A stretch of 64,000 bases of DNA from Candidatus Oxydemutatoraceae bacterium (GTDB taxonomy: Bacteria; Pseudomonadota; Gammaproteobacteria; Poriferisulfidales; Oxydemutatoraceae): contig CBDCOZ010000003.1 in assembly GCA_965220085.1 (NCBI GenBank), forward strand, positions 1,696,001 to 1,760,000, given 5' to 3'. The translations under genes and the position numbers were made by a program. The notes below the pieces were generated by a model. The model did no database searches and had not been told where the DNA came from. It saw nothing but the letters and a program-made list of their open reading frames with translations. Below are positions 54,451 through 64,000 of the stretch, one piece after another. Position 1 is the first letter of the stretch; each line of letters begins with the position of its first letter.

Positions 54451-55920
54451 TCATTGCCAATCCCGCGGGTGTCGGCGATGCCAATTCGTCGCCTGTTGAT
54501 AGCTATGCGCGAGGCGCAATAGACGTTGCTCTTCAAAGTGCGGCGCGATCAACTGCATGCCAATCGGCAAGCCGTCGCTGAAACCGCTCGGAACCGACAT
54601 CGCCGGCAAACCCGCCATATTGACCGCCACCGTATAGATATCCGACATATACATCGCCACCGGGTCGGGCTTTTCGCCCAGTTGAAACGCCGTAGTCGGG
54701 GCGACCGGAGCGAGCAACACATCCGCCTTTTCAAACGCGGCGCTAAAGTCATCGCGTATCAAGCGCCGCGCCTTTTGCGCTTGCAGGTAATACGCATCGT
54801 AATAGCCCGAAGACAAGACATAGGTTCCGATCAGGATGCGGCGCTTGGCTTCGGCGCCGAACCCTTCGCCGCGGCTGCGCATATAGAGGTCTTCCAGATC
54901 GCGCGGGTTCTCGCAACGGTGGCCGTAACGCACGCCGTCGTAGCGCGCCAGGTTTGACGAGCACTCCGCCGATGCAATGATGTAATAGGCCGCGATTGCA
55001 AGCGATGTCGTTTCCAAGTCCGCTTCGATCACCTCACAGCCGCAATCTTCAAGCGCTTTGCGCGCATCTTTGAGCGCGCTGTCGATACCCTCATCGAGCT
55101 TGTCGTCAAAATGCTGATGCAAAATGCCGATGCGCAAACCTTTCGCATCGGCATCGATCTGCGCGGCATAGTCGGGCACCGCCCGCTCAACGCTCGTCGA
55201 ATCGCGCGCGTCAAAGCCGGCAATCTCACGCAACAGCAATGCGCAATCCAAAGCGCTGTGCCCGAACACACCGCCTTGATCAAGGCTGGAAGCATAGGCG
55301 ACCATCCCGTAGCGGGACACCCTGCCGTAAGTCGGCTTGATGCCGGTAACCCCGCAAAACGCCGCCGGCAGGCGGATCGAGCCGCCGGTGTCGGTGCCGG
55401 TCGCACAAGGCGCCAAACCGGCCGCTACCGCCGCCGCCGAACCGCCCGATGAGCCGCCGGCGACACAATCCGCCCGCCACGGGTTGCGCGCCGCGCCGTA
55501 AAAGCTGTTCTCGTTTGACGAGCCCATCGCAAATTCGTCCATATTGGTCTTCCCCAGCATCACCATTCCGCAAGCGTTCAGTTTTTCGGTCACCGTCGCA
55601 TCATAAGGAGAAACAAAATTGCGCAACATCCCGGAACCGCAACTCGTCAGAACCCCTTTGGCGCAGAACAAATCTTTGTGCGCATACGGAATTCCGGTCA
55701 AGGCTTTTGCGCCGCCGTCACGAAGCATTTTGTCGCAACGCCGCGCTTGCTCCAGCGCGCGCTCTTCGGCAACGGTGATAAAAGCGTTCAGCTCCCCGTT
55801 GCGGGAGGAAATACGATCCAAAAAGAAACGCGTCAGGTCGGCGCTGGATATCTCGCCGCTGTGCAAAGCGGACGATAATCCGGCCACGGAATGATTCAAA
55901 ATGTCGTCTGTTTCAATCAA
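54451..55920 (-). CDS. gatA: Asp/Glu-tRNA amidotransferase subunit A
   Basis: Amidase signature GGSSGGS, DTGGSIR. Confidence 0.98.
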   Translation of the reverse strand: MIETDDILNHSVAGLSSALHSGEISSADLTRFFLDRISSRNGELNAFITVAEERALEQARRCDKMLRDGGAKALTGIPYAHKDLFCAKGVLTSCGSGMLRNFVSPYDATVTEKLNACGMVMLGKTNMDEFAMGSSNENSFYGAARNPWRADCVAGGSSGGSAAAVAAGLAPCATGTDTGGSIRLPAAFCGVTGIKPTYGRVSRYGMVAYASSLDQGGVFGHSALDCALLLREIAGFDARDSTSVERAVPDYAAQIDADAKGLRIGILHQHFDDKLDEGIDSALKDARKALEDCGCEVIEADLETTSLAIAAYYIIASAECSSNLARYDGVRYGHRCENPRDLEDLYMRSRGEGFGAEAKRRILIGTYVLSSGYYDAYYLQAQKARRLIRDDFSAAFEKADVLLAPVAPTTAFQLGEKPDPVAMYMSDIYTVAVNMAGLPAMSVPSGFSDGLPIGMQLIAPHFEEQRLLRLAHSYQQATNWHRRHPRDWQ

Positions 55921-56194
55921 TTACTTTCGGCACCAGATAATAACCGTCGCGGCTGTCCGGAGCGGTTTGTTGAAAAGATTCGCGCTGATCATCCTCGGTG
56001 ACGACATCGGCGCGCAGACGCTGACAGATATCCAACGGGTGGGCCAGCGGCTCCGTCCCGCGCAAATCCGCCGCCGACAAGCGTTCGATGAAATGCAGGA
56101 TCTCCCCCAAATCCGCGCCGAGTTCGTCAAGCTCTTTGTCGCTGATATCAAGCCGCGCAAGCCGCGCCAGTTTTTTTACTTCCTCACGATTCAT
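55913..56194 (-). CDS. gatC: Asp/Glu-tRNA amidotransferase subunit C
   Basis: [10 protein letters not shown]...YYLVPKVI. Confidence 0.96.
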   Translation of the reverse strand: MNREEVKKLARLARLDISDKELDELGADLGEILHFIERLSAADLRGTEPLAHPLDICQRLRADVVTEDDQRESFQQTAPDSRDGYYLVPKVID

Positions 56195-56279
56195 TTATCT
56201 TGTTATAATAGAGATATTGATAAGAGTAGTATGCCATAAACCGGTATCATACTCGGATTGCTTTTTTGAGGCTTGATAA

Positions 56280-57329
<1,050 letters not shown>

Positions 57330-57347
57330 CACGCAAGGAGAGCGGCC

Positions 57348-58190
57348 ATTAAAAAACTGTTCACTTTACACAGCCTGATACCGAAGCTGTTTTTGTTCTC
57401 ATCGCTCTCCGCAGGGTTGCTGATCCTTGACTACCGCTATCAATATCTGGAAGACACCCGCCGCTATCTGGCCAGCTTCGTCCAGCCGCTGCACTACCTC
57501 ATAAAATTGCCCAACGAAGGCGCGCACTTTCTCTATAACCACATCAGGAGCAACAACGAATTGATAGCCGAAAATGAGCGCTTGCGGCAGCAAAACCTCA
57601 GGATCGGGGCAAAACTCATGCAGACCCTTACATTGGAACATGAGAATTCGGTGTTGCGCGATCTGCTGCAATCGCCGCGCAAAAAGATAGAGCGCAGGGT
57701 GCTGGTCGCCGAATTGATAGGGGTCAGCCCGACCATGCTGGAACAAAAGATCATCATCAATAAGGGCGAAAGAGATCGGGTCTATCGCGATCAGCCGGTA
57801 CTCGATGCCAACGGCATCATCGGTCAGGTCACATCGGTTACGTATCTCAATGCGACTGTCACCCTGATATCCAATCCCGGCCATTCGCTGCTCGGTCAGA
57901 TCAATCGCTCGGGGGTCAGAGTTCTGGTCAGCGGCACCGGTAGCTCGGAGCGCCTTGAGTTAAATTACGTGCCGGTAGCCGCCAATGTTCGTGTCGGAGA
58001 CGAAGTCTTCGCATCGGGTCTGGGAGACCGCTTCCCGGCGGGCTATCCGGTAGCGACCATTACCGACATCAAAAAAGAAGACGGCGATATATTTTCAACC
58101 GTCTATGCAAAACCGACCGCAAACCTGGGCTACAGCTACCAAATGTTGCTCGTGTGGCCCGATGAAAATGATATAGGACAACTGCCATGA
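57348..58190 (+). CDS. mreC: rod shape-determining protein MreC (probable ATT start; ORF track start 57393)
   Basis: ENERLR, SGLGDRFPAGYPVA; AAGGAG 7 nt before an in-frame ATT. Confidence 0.92.
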   Translation: MKKLFTLHSLIPKLFLFSSLSAGLLILDYRYQYLEDTRRYLASFVQPLHYLIKLPNEGAHFLYNHIRSNNELIAENERLRQQNLRIGAKLMQTLTLEHENSVLRDLLQSPRKKIERRVLVAELIGVSPTMLEQKIIINKGERDRVYRDQPVLDANGIIGQVTSVTYLNATVTLISNPGHSLLGQINRSGVRVLVSGTGSSERLELNYVPVAANVRVGDEVFASGLGDRFPAGYPVATITDIKKEDGDIFSTVYAKPTANLGYSYQMLLVWPDENDIGQLP

Positions 58191-58693
58191 GAGCCAAATC
58201 AAGCTATGAAAAAAGAATCTTTTCTCTGGTGGTGACCACCACGCTCTTTGCCATCCTGCTCAGTATCCTGCCGTCCCGCTGGGCGCACATCTACTGGCCG
58301 GACTGGACGCTGCTGACCGTCATCTACTGGTGTCTTGCGATACCGTCAAAAGTCAATATCAGGTACGCTTGGGCGACCGGCATCTTGGCGGATTTATTAC
58401 AGTCGTCGCTGCTCGGCTACCACGCCTTGTTCTATACCGCAGCCGCTTATATCGCGAGTTCTTTCCACCAACGCATCCGCCTTTACCCGCCGCACCAGCA
58501 AGTCATTCCGATATTTCTTATGCTGCTGTTGTGCAAGATTATCGAGATATGGATTAACGGCATGGTCTATTCTTTCATGACCCCCCGCTGGGAAGACATG
58601 ATTCCGGTACTGACCGGCATGCTGGCTTGGCCGTGGATTTTTGCGATGCTGCGCCACCTGCGTCAGAAAATCTATTTGACCGAACAGGGGTAA
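58187..58693 (+). CDS. mreD: rod shape-determining protein MreD
   Basis: PDW.LL..IYW, G.L.DLL..S.LG, WPW. Confidence 0.95.
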   Translation: MRAKSSYEKRIFSLVVTTTLFAILLSILPSRWAHIYWPDWTLLTVIYWCLAIPSKVNIRYAWATGILADLLQSSLLGYHALFYTAAAYIASSFHQRIRLYPPHQQVIPIFLMLLLCKIIEIWINGMVYSFMTPRWEDMIPVLTGMLAWPWIFAMLRHLRQKIYLTEQG

Positions 58694-59064
58694 GCGACAG
58701 GCGCGCCGCAAGAAGCGGCGAGCGTCAGAAAATCTGCTTGACCGAACAGGGGCAAGCGACAGGCGCGCCGCAAGAAGCGGCGAGCGTCAGAAAATCTGCT
58801 TGACCGAACAAGGGTAAGCGACAAGCACACCGCAAGAAGCGGCGAGCGTCAGAAAATCTGCTTGACCGAACAGGGGCAAGCGACAGGCACACCGCAAGAA
58901 GCGGCGAGCGTCAGAAAATCTATTTGACCGAACAGGGGCAAGCGACAGGCACACCGCAAGAAGCGATGAGCGTCAGAGAACCTATTTGACCGAACAAGGG
59001 CAAGCGACAGGCACACCGCAAGAAGCGGCGAGCGTCAGAGAACCTATTTGACCGAACAGGGGTA
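58661..59064. repeat. 62-bp tandem repeat (6 copies plus partial) joining the mreD and pheA 3' ends
   Basis: Units start at 58661, 58723, 58785, 58847, 58909, 58971 and 59033. Confidence 0.95.
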
Positions 59065-60129
59065 GGAGCCGAGTAACTTATAAAAACTCGCCTTCTGCGC
59101 CAACTCATCCAGACCGCGCGCAACCTTCCCATCGTCACAATGTCCCGCAATATCAAGGAAGAACAAGTATTCCCAGTTCGCCGTGTGCGCGGGCCTTGAC
59201 TCAATCCGGGTCAGGCTGAGGCCTTGCTCGGACAGGGTCCGTAGCAACTCCGCCAACACCCCCGGGCGGTTATGCGCCGAGACGATAACACTGGTTTTAT
59301 CGCAACCGCTGGCCGCCACGCCCTGTTTTCCGATAACCAGAAAGCGGGTGGTATTATTCGGGTGATCCTCAATGTTTTCTGCGATCACAGGCAGCGCTTC
59401 GGATTCGGCGACCACCTTGCCGGCTATCGCAACCGCCCCGCTTTCCTGCGCCGCCTTTTGCGCCGCCAGCCCGTTGCTCTCCACACCGACTCTGTCGCAA
59501 TGCGCGAGATGTGCGGCCAGCCAACCGCGACACTGTGCCAGAGATTGCTGGTGCGCATAGACCGTTTTTACCGCCTGCAAATCCCGCTCCTTGCCGAGCA
59601 GGCAGTGGCTTATTCGCAGCTCCACCTCGCCGACAATACGCAGCGGGGAAGACACAAAACAATCCAGTGTGCCCGTGACCGCGCCCTCGCTGGAGTTCTC
59701 AATCGGCACCACGCCATAATCGGATTCCCCGACTTCCACCGAGCGAAACACTTCCTCTATCGCAGACTGCCCCCGGCATGCAATGGAATGACCGAACTGA
59801 TGAAATACCGCCTCCATCGTAAAGGTCCCCCGCGGCCCCAAGAAAGACACGGTGGTCTTGCGCTCCAAGGCGCGACACGCGGACATAATCTCCCGGAACA
59901 CAGCAACGATCGAAGCATCCTGTAACAGACCTTTGTCCCGCTTCAACAACTCGCGCAAATGGCTCGTCTCGCGCGCCGGGCAATACACTTCGCCGGCGGG
60001 GTTGTCGGCTTCCTTCAGCCGACCGATATGGCGCGCAAGATCCGCCCGCTGCTTGAGAAGCTCGAGCAAGCGCAAATCAACCGCGTCTATCTGTGCGCGC
60101 ACATTTTTAATGTCATCCTTATCGCTCAT
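59044..60129 (-). CDS. pheA: chorismate mutase / prephenate dehydratase
   Basis: CM domain, FLGP.GT, PIENSSEG, NTTRF, IESRP, LGSYP. Confidence 0.97.
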   Translation of the reverse strand: MSDKDDIKNVRAQIDAVDLRLLELLKQRADLARHIGRLKEADNPAGEVYCPARETSHLRELLKRDKGLLQDASIVAVFREIMSACRALERKTTVSFLGPRGTFTMEAVFHQFGHSIACRGQSAIEEVFRSVEVGESDYGVVPIENSSEGAVTGTLDCFVSSPLRIVGEVELRISHCLLGKERDLQAVKTVYAHQQSLAQCRGWLAAHLAHCDRVGVESNGLAAQKAAQESGAVAIAGKVVAESEALPVIAENIEDHPNNTTRFLVIGKQGVAASGCDKTSVIVSAHNRPGVLAELLRTLSEQGLSLTRIESRPAHTANWEYLFFLDIAGHCDDGKVARGLDELAQKASFYKLLGSYPCSVK

Positions 60130-61199
60130 CCTATCGTCCTTTCAAATTCTCGCATAAACATTTCCAGCGCTCTGGCGCCCTCCGCCGGCATACCATTGTA
60201 TAAGCTCGCGCGAATACCGCCGGTCGCGCTATGTCCGCGCAAGCCCAGCAAGCCCTGTTCCTCGGCGCGGTCAAGAAACATCGTTTCCAGTTCACGCGGC
60301 TTGATGCGAAAAAATATATTAACCCGAGAACGACAATCCGTATGCACGGGACTCTCATACAGGTCCGACTCGTCTATACATGCATAAATCAGCCGGCTTC
60401 TGTCTGCGCTCCGCCGATACATCTCTTCCACACCGCCCTCCTCTTTGATCCACTCCAGTACCAAACCGCACACATACCACGACAAGACCGCCGGCGTACC
60501 GTAGCGGGAACCGGCATCGGCCTGAACCGCATAATCATAAATCAAAGGCGTTTCGGGCTGCGCCCGTCCGATTCTATCACGCGCCGCGATAACGATAGTC
60601 ACCCCGGCGATGCCGGCATTCTTCTGCGCCGCCGCATAGATCAAGCTGTGGCGCCGGATATCCGTCGGTTGCGTGAGCAAACTTGAGGTCATATCGCCGA
60701 CCAGACTGCCGTCGGCAATCGCGGCGGGGGAAAACTCAACTCCGGTCAGGGTCTCGTTGGACACGTAGTGGGTATAAGCGGCATCGCCGGCAAGCTGCCA
60801 CTGCGTCTGCGGGGGCAAGGACCACAGCCGGCTTGCATCGGCGCGCGCCGCAACCGTCACCGGAATATAGCTGCGCGCCTGTTTGATAGCGCACGACGAC
60901 CAATAACCGGTATCAAAGTAATTGGCGCCGCGGCGCTCGCCGTCCAGATTCATCGGCACCGCAAAATACTGCGCGCGCGCCCCCCCCGGCATGAACAAGA
61001 CCGCATACTCGGGCGGAATGTCCAGCAACTCCCGCAAATTGCGTTCGCAATCCTCTGCAATCACATCAAACTCGGGCGTACGGTGCCCCAGTTCCGGCAA
61101 GGGGATCTTGCGGCTCGCGTTCAATTCGCGGTTGAGGCGTTCGCGCACCGCCGACGGCAGCGCCGCGGGGCCTGCGGAATAGTTATAGGCGCCGGCCAT
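60126..61199 (-). CDS. serC: phosphoserine aminotransferase
   Basis: NYSAGPA, AQKNAG, GGIRASLYN. Confidence 0.96.
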   Translation of the reverse strand: MAGAYNYSAGPAALPSAVRERLNRELNASRKIPLPELGHRTPEFDVIAEDCERNLRELLDIPPEYAVLFMPGGARAQYFAVPMNLDGERRGANYFDTGYWSSCAIKQARSYIPVTVAARADASRLWSLPPQTQWQLAGDAAYTHYVSNETLTGVEFSPAAIADGSLVGDMTSSLLTQPTDIRRHSLIYAAAQKNAGIAGVTIVIAARDRIGRAQPETPLIYDYAVQADAGSRYGTPAVLSWYVCGLVLEWIKEEGGVEEMYRRSADRSRLIYACIDESDLYESPVHTDCRSRVNIFFRIKPRELETMFLDRAEEQGLLGLRGHSATGGIRASLYNGMPAEGARALEMFMREFERTIG

Positions 61200-61233
61200 A
61201 CCCGTATTTTCTTACGCGTCCGACGCGCGCCAA

Positions 61234-63813
61234 TTAATCGTCGGCCGGCTCGCCACCTTCGGCATCCTCTTCGTCTTTGCCTTTCGCGATGCGAACAAAC
61301 TTTGACAGTTTTTCCCCGTCGCGCAGCCGGATCAAGCGCACCCCTTTGGTGCGGCGGCCGACAATGGGAACGCTATCCGCCGGCGCGCGCACCAAGGTGC
61401 CGCCGTCGGTAATCAACATCACCTCATCGTCATCGTCCGCCGGTTGCGCGCCGATAACATCCCCGTTGCGCTCTTCGGTGCGAATCCCGATGACACCCAA
61501 ACTGCCCCGCTTGCGCGCCGGAAACTCATCCGCTTGGGTGCGTTTGCCATAGCCATTGACTGTCGCCAGCATGATCGTTTTATCCGACTGATCGGGCGCA
61601 AGACATATCAAAGAAATGGCCCGCTGTCCCTCTTGCAGACGTATGCCCCGGACACCGGCGGCGGCGCGTCCGAGCGAACGCAACTCGCTCTCCGCAAAGC
61701 GATTGACCCGCCCCGTGTCGTTGCACAGAAAAATATCATAGTTGCCGTCGGTAATCGCCGCGCCTATCAGCTGATCGCCGTCGCGCAATGTCAGCGCGCG
61801 AATGCCGTTACTGCGCGGCTTTGAAAACCCGCTCAAAGCGGTGCGCTTAATCGTGCCGTCTTTGGTCGCGAGGATAACCGACAGATCTTCGGCAAACTCG
61901 CGGATCGGCAACACCGTCGTAATCCGCTCATTGTCATCCAGCCTGAGAAGATTGACCAACGGACGGCCTCTGGCGGTGCGCCCGGCGCGCGGCACACGGT
62001 ACACCTTGAGCCAATGTACCTTGCCCAGCGACGAGAAGCACAACAGCATGTCGTGCGTCTTGGCGACAAACAGCGTATCGACAAAATCTTCGTCTTTGAC
62101 GGTCGTGGCGACCTTGCCTTTGCCGCCGCGCTTCTGTACGCGGTAGGTATCCAACTCCTGCGACTTGATATAACCGGCGTGGGACACGGTGACCACCACT
62201 TCCTCATCCGCGATGAAATCCTCGTCGGTCATCTCGACGGCCTCGTCAGATATCTCGGTGCGGCGCGGGTCGGCATACTGTTCCTTGATTTCCGCCAACT
62301 CGGCGCATATCACCGCCATCAAACGGTCGGGGTTTGACAGTATTTCAATATACTCAAGAATTTTGGCGGTCAGATCCTTATAGCCATCGACGATCTTGTC
62401 CTGCTCGAGCGAAGTCAGGCGGTGTAAGCGCAGATCGAGTATCGCCTGCGCCTGCATCGGCGACAGACGATACGCGCCGTCGCGCAAACCCAAATCCGCC
62501 GCCGCATCGTCGGGACGGGTCATATCGCTATCGGCTCGCTCGAGCAACTTCTCAACGATGCCGGGCTGCCACGGCTTGGCGATCAAAGCGACCTTGGCCT
62601 CGGCCGGATTCTTGGAGGCTTTGATCAGCGCGATCACTTCATCGATGTTCGCGAGCGCGACCGCTTGCCCCTCAAGGATATGCGCCTTCTCCTTGGTCTT
62701 GCGCAAATCAAACAGCGTTCGCCGCGTGACCACGCTGCGGCGATGACGAACGAACGCGTTGATGGCCTCGCGCAGGTTGATCAGCTTGGGCTGCCTCGCG
62801 TCCAACGCAACCATATTGATGCTGAACGAAGTCTGCAACTGGGTCTGGTGATACAGATTATTCAGCGCCACATCGCTCGGCTCGTCGCGCTTTAAGGCAA
62901 TGACCATCCGCATCCCGTCCTTGTCCGATTCGTCGCGCAACTCGGCGATACCTTCGATCTTCTTGGTCTTCACCAACTCGGCGACCCTCTCTACTAAGCG
63001 CGCCTTATTGACCATATACGGCAGCTCGGTAACGATAATCATCTCGCGCCCGCTCCGCTTCTCGGTCTCGACATGCGCGCGCGCCCGCACCACCACCCGT
63101 CCGCGCCCGCTCTCATACGCATCGTATATGCCGCGCCGTCCTTTGATGATGGCGGCGGTCGGGAAGTCCGGTCCGGGCAGGTGTTCGATCAGTTCGGCGG
63201 TCGTGATATCGGGGTTCTTGATCAAGGCGAGCGTCGCATCGATGACCTCGCCAAGATTATGCGGCGGAATATTGGTCGCCATCCCGACCGCGATGCCCGA
63301 CGAACCATTGACCAAAAGATTCGGCACTCTGGTCGGCAGCAACTCCGGTTCGTGCTCGGAATTATCATAATTCGGAATGAAATCGACCGTCTCCTTATCC
63401 AGATCGGCGAGCAATTCGTGCGTGATCTTTGCCATCCGCACCTCGGTATAGCGCATGGCCGCCGGCGCGTCGCCGTCAACCGAGCCGAAGTTGCCCTGCC
63501 CGTCAACCAGCATATAGCGCAGAGAGAACGGTTGCGCCATCCGCACAATCGTGTCATACACCGCCGTATCCCCGTGCGGGTGATACTTGCCGATAACATC
63601 GCCGACAACCCGCGCGGACTTTTTATACGGTTTGTTCCAATCGTTATTAAGGACATTCATCGCGTAGAGAACGCGCCGATGCACCGGCTTGAGACCGTCG
63701 CAAATATCCGGCAATGCGCGGCCGATGATGACGCTCATCGCATAGTCCAGATAGGACTTGCGCATCTCGTCTTCTATATTGATTAAGAGGATCTCTTTCG
63801 CATGCTCTGCCAT
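61234..63813 (-). CDS. gyrA: DNA gyrase subunit A
   Basis: [15 protein letters not shown], GyrA box QKRGGKG. Confidence 0.99.
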   Translation of the reverse strand: MAEHAKEILLINIEDEMRKSYLDYAMSVIIGRALPDICDGLKPVHRRVLYAMNVLNNDWNKPYKKSARVVGDVIGKYHPHGDTAVYDTIVRMAQPFSLRYMLVDGQGNFGSVDGDAPAAMRYTEVRMAKITHELLADLDKETVDFIPNYDNSEHEPELLPTRVPNLLVNGSSGIAVGMATNIPPHNLGEVIDATLALIKNPDITTAELIEHLPGPDFPTAAIIKGRRGIYDAYESGRGRVVVRARAHVETEKRSGREMIIVTELPYMVNKARLVERVAELVKTKKIEGIAELRDESDKDGMRMVIALKRDEPSDVALNNLYHQTQLQTSFSINMVALDARQPKLINLREAINAFVRHRRSVVTRRTLFDLRKTKEKAHILEGQAVALANIDEVIALIKASKNPAEAKVALIAKPWQPGIVEKLLERADSDMTRPDDAAADLGLRDGAYRLSPMQAQAILDLRLHRLTSLEQDKIVDGYKDLTAKILEYIEILSNPDRLMAVICAELAEIKEQYADPRRTEISDEAVEMTDEDFIADEEVVVTVSHAGYIKSQELDTYRVQKRGGKGKVATTVKDEDFVDTLFVAKTHDMLLCFSSLGKVHWLKVYRVPRAGRTARGRPLVNLLRLDDNERITTVLPIREFAEDLSVILATKDGTIKRTALSGFSKPRSNGIRALTLRDGDQLIGAAITDGNYDIFLCNDTGRVNRFAESELRSLGRAAAGVRGIRLQEGQRAISLICLAPDQSDKTIMLATVNGYGKRTQADEFPARKRGSLGVIGIRTEERNGDVIGAQPADDDDEVMLITDGGTLVRAPADSVPIVGRRTKGVRLIRLRDGEKLSKFVRIAKGKDEEDAEGGEPADD

Positions 63814-64000
63814 TTCGCAGACCTTAATTTATGAGGGGTTACAAACAGAATTTAACAGTAAAATAATGTCTTGTATTTTACCACGCTATGCCCCCTTTTT
63901 GCGCAAAAAAAGAGAGGTATTTTGCTTCCGTTCGTCGCCCTTTTCAGACCCTTCGGCCCCCTGCCCCGCCAAGCGGATGACAGCGGCGCAAATCAGGGTC

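Noticed and set aside
58661-59064. CRISPR or REP/BIME array
   Set aside because: Whole-unit tandem repeat derived from coding sequence; the unit is not found elsewhere in the window.

Overview
Chromosomal window from a GC-rich gammaproteobacterium. An Alvin_2107-like gene hints at sulfur oxidation, and the adhesin-like proteins hint at a host-associated lifestyle (both inference). The backbone is housekeeping: pnp-rpsO, msrP, ndk, the isc/hsc operon, suhB, hemH, rpmE, hemW-rdgB-rph, ispB, rplU-rpmA-obgE-proB, rpsT, ychF-pth-rplY, tRNA-Gln-prs (inverted), ispE-lolB-TPR, hemA-prfA-prmC, gatCAB, mreBCD and pheA-serC-gyrA. Two unusual layers sit on top of it. (1) Six paralogous secreted Ig/cadherin-like proteins at three loci share related upstream sequence and leader peptides, have shuffled domains with framework plus hypervariable loops, and all end in (R/L)RLRxFLEGPLR-stop. 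Three carry a poly-C tract (C19, C19, C13) in the leader-coding region that leaves them exactly one base out of frame, consistent with phase variation. (2) Tandem duplications built from gene ends recur at gene junctions (hemH/exonuclease, hypothetical/alkA-like, proB/rpsT, prs/ispE, mreD/pheA, rph/rdgB), and a 64-bp array lies in front of an HNH nuclease gene. No CRISPR array, transposase, integrase or reverse transcriptase was seen.
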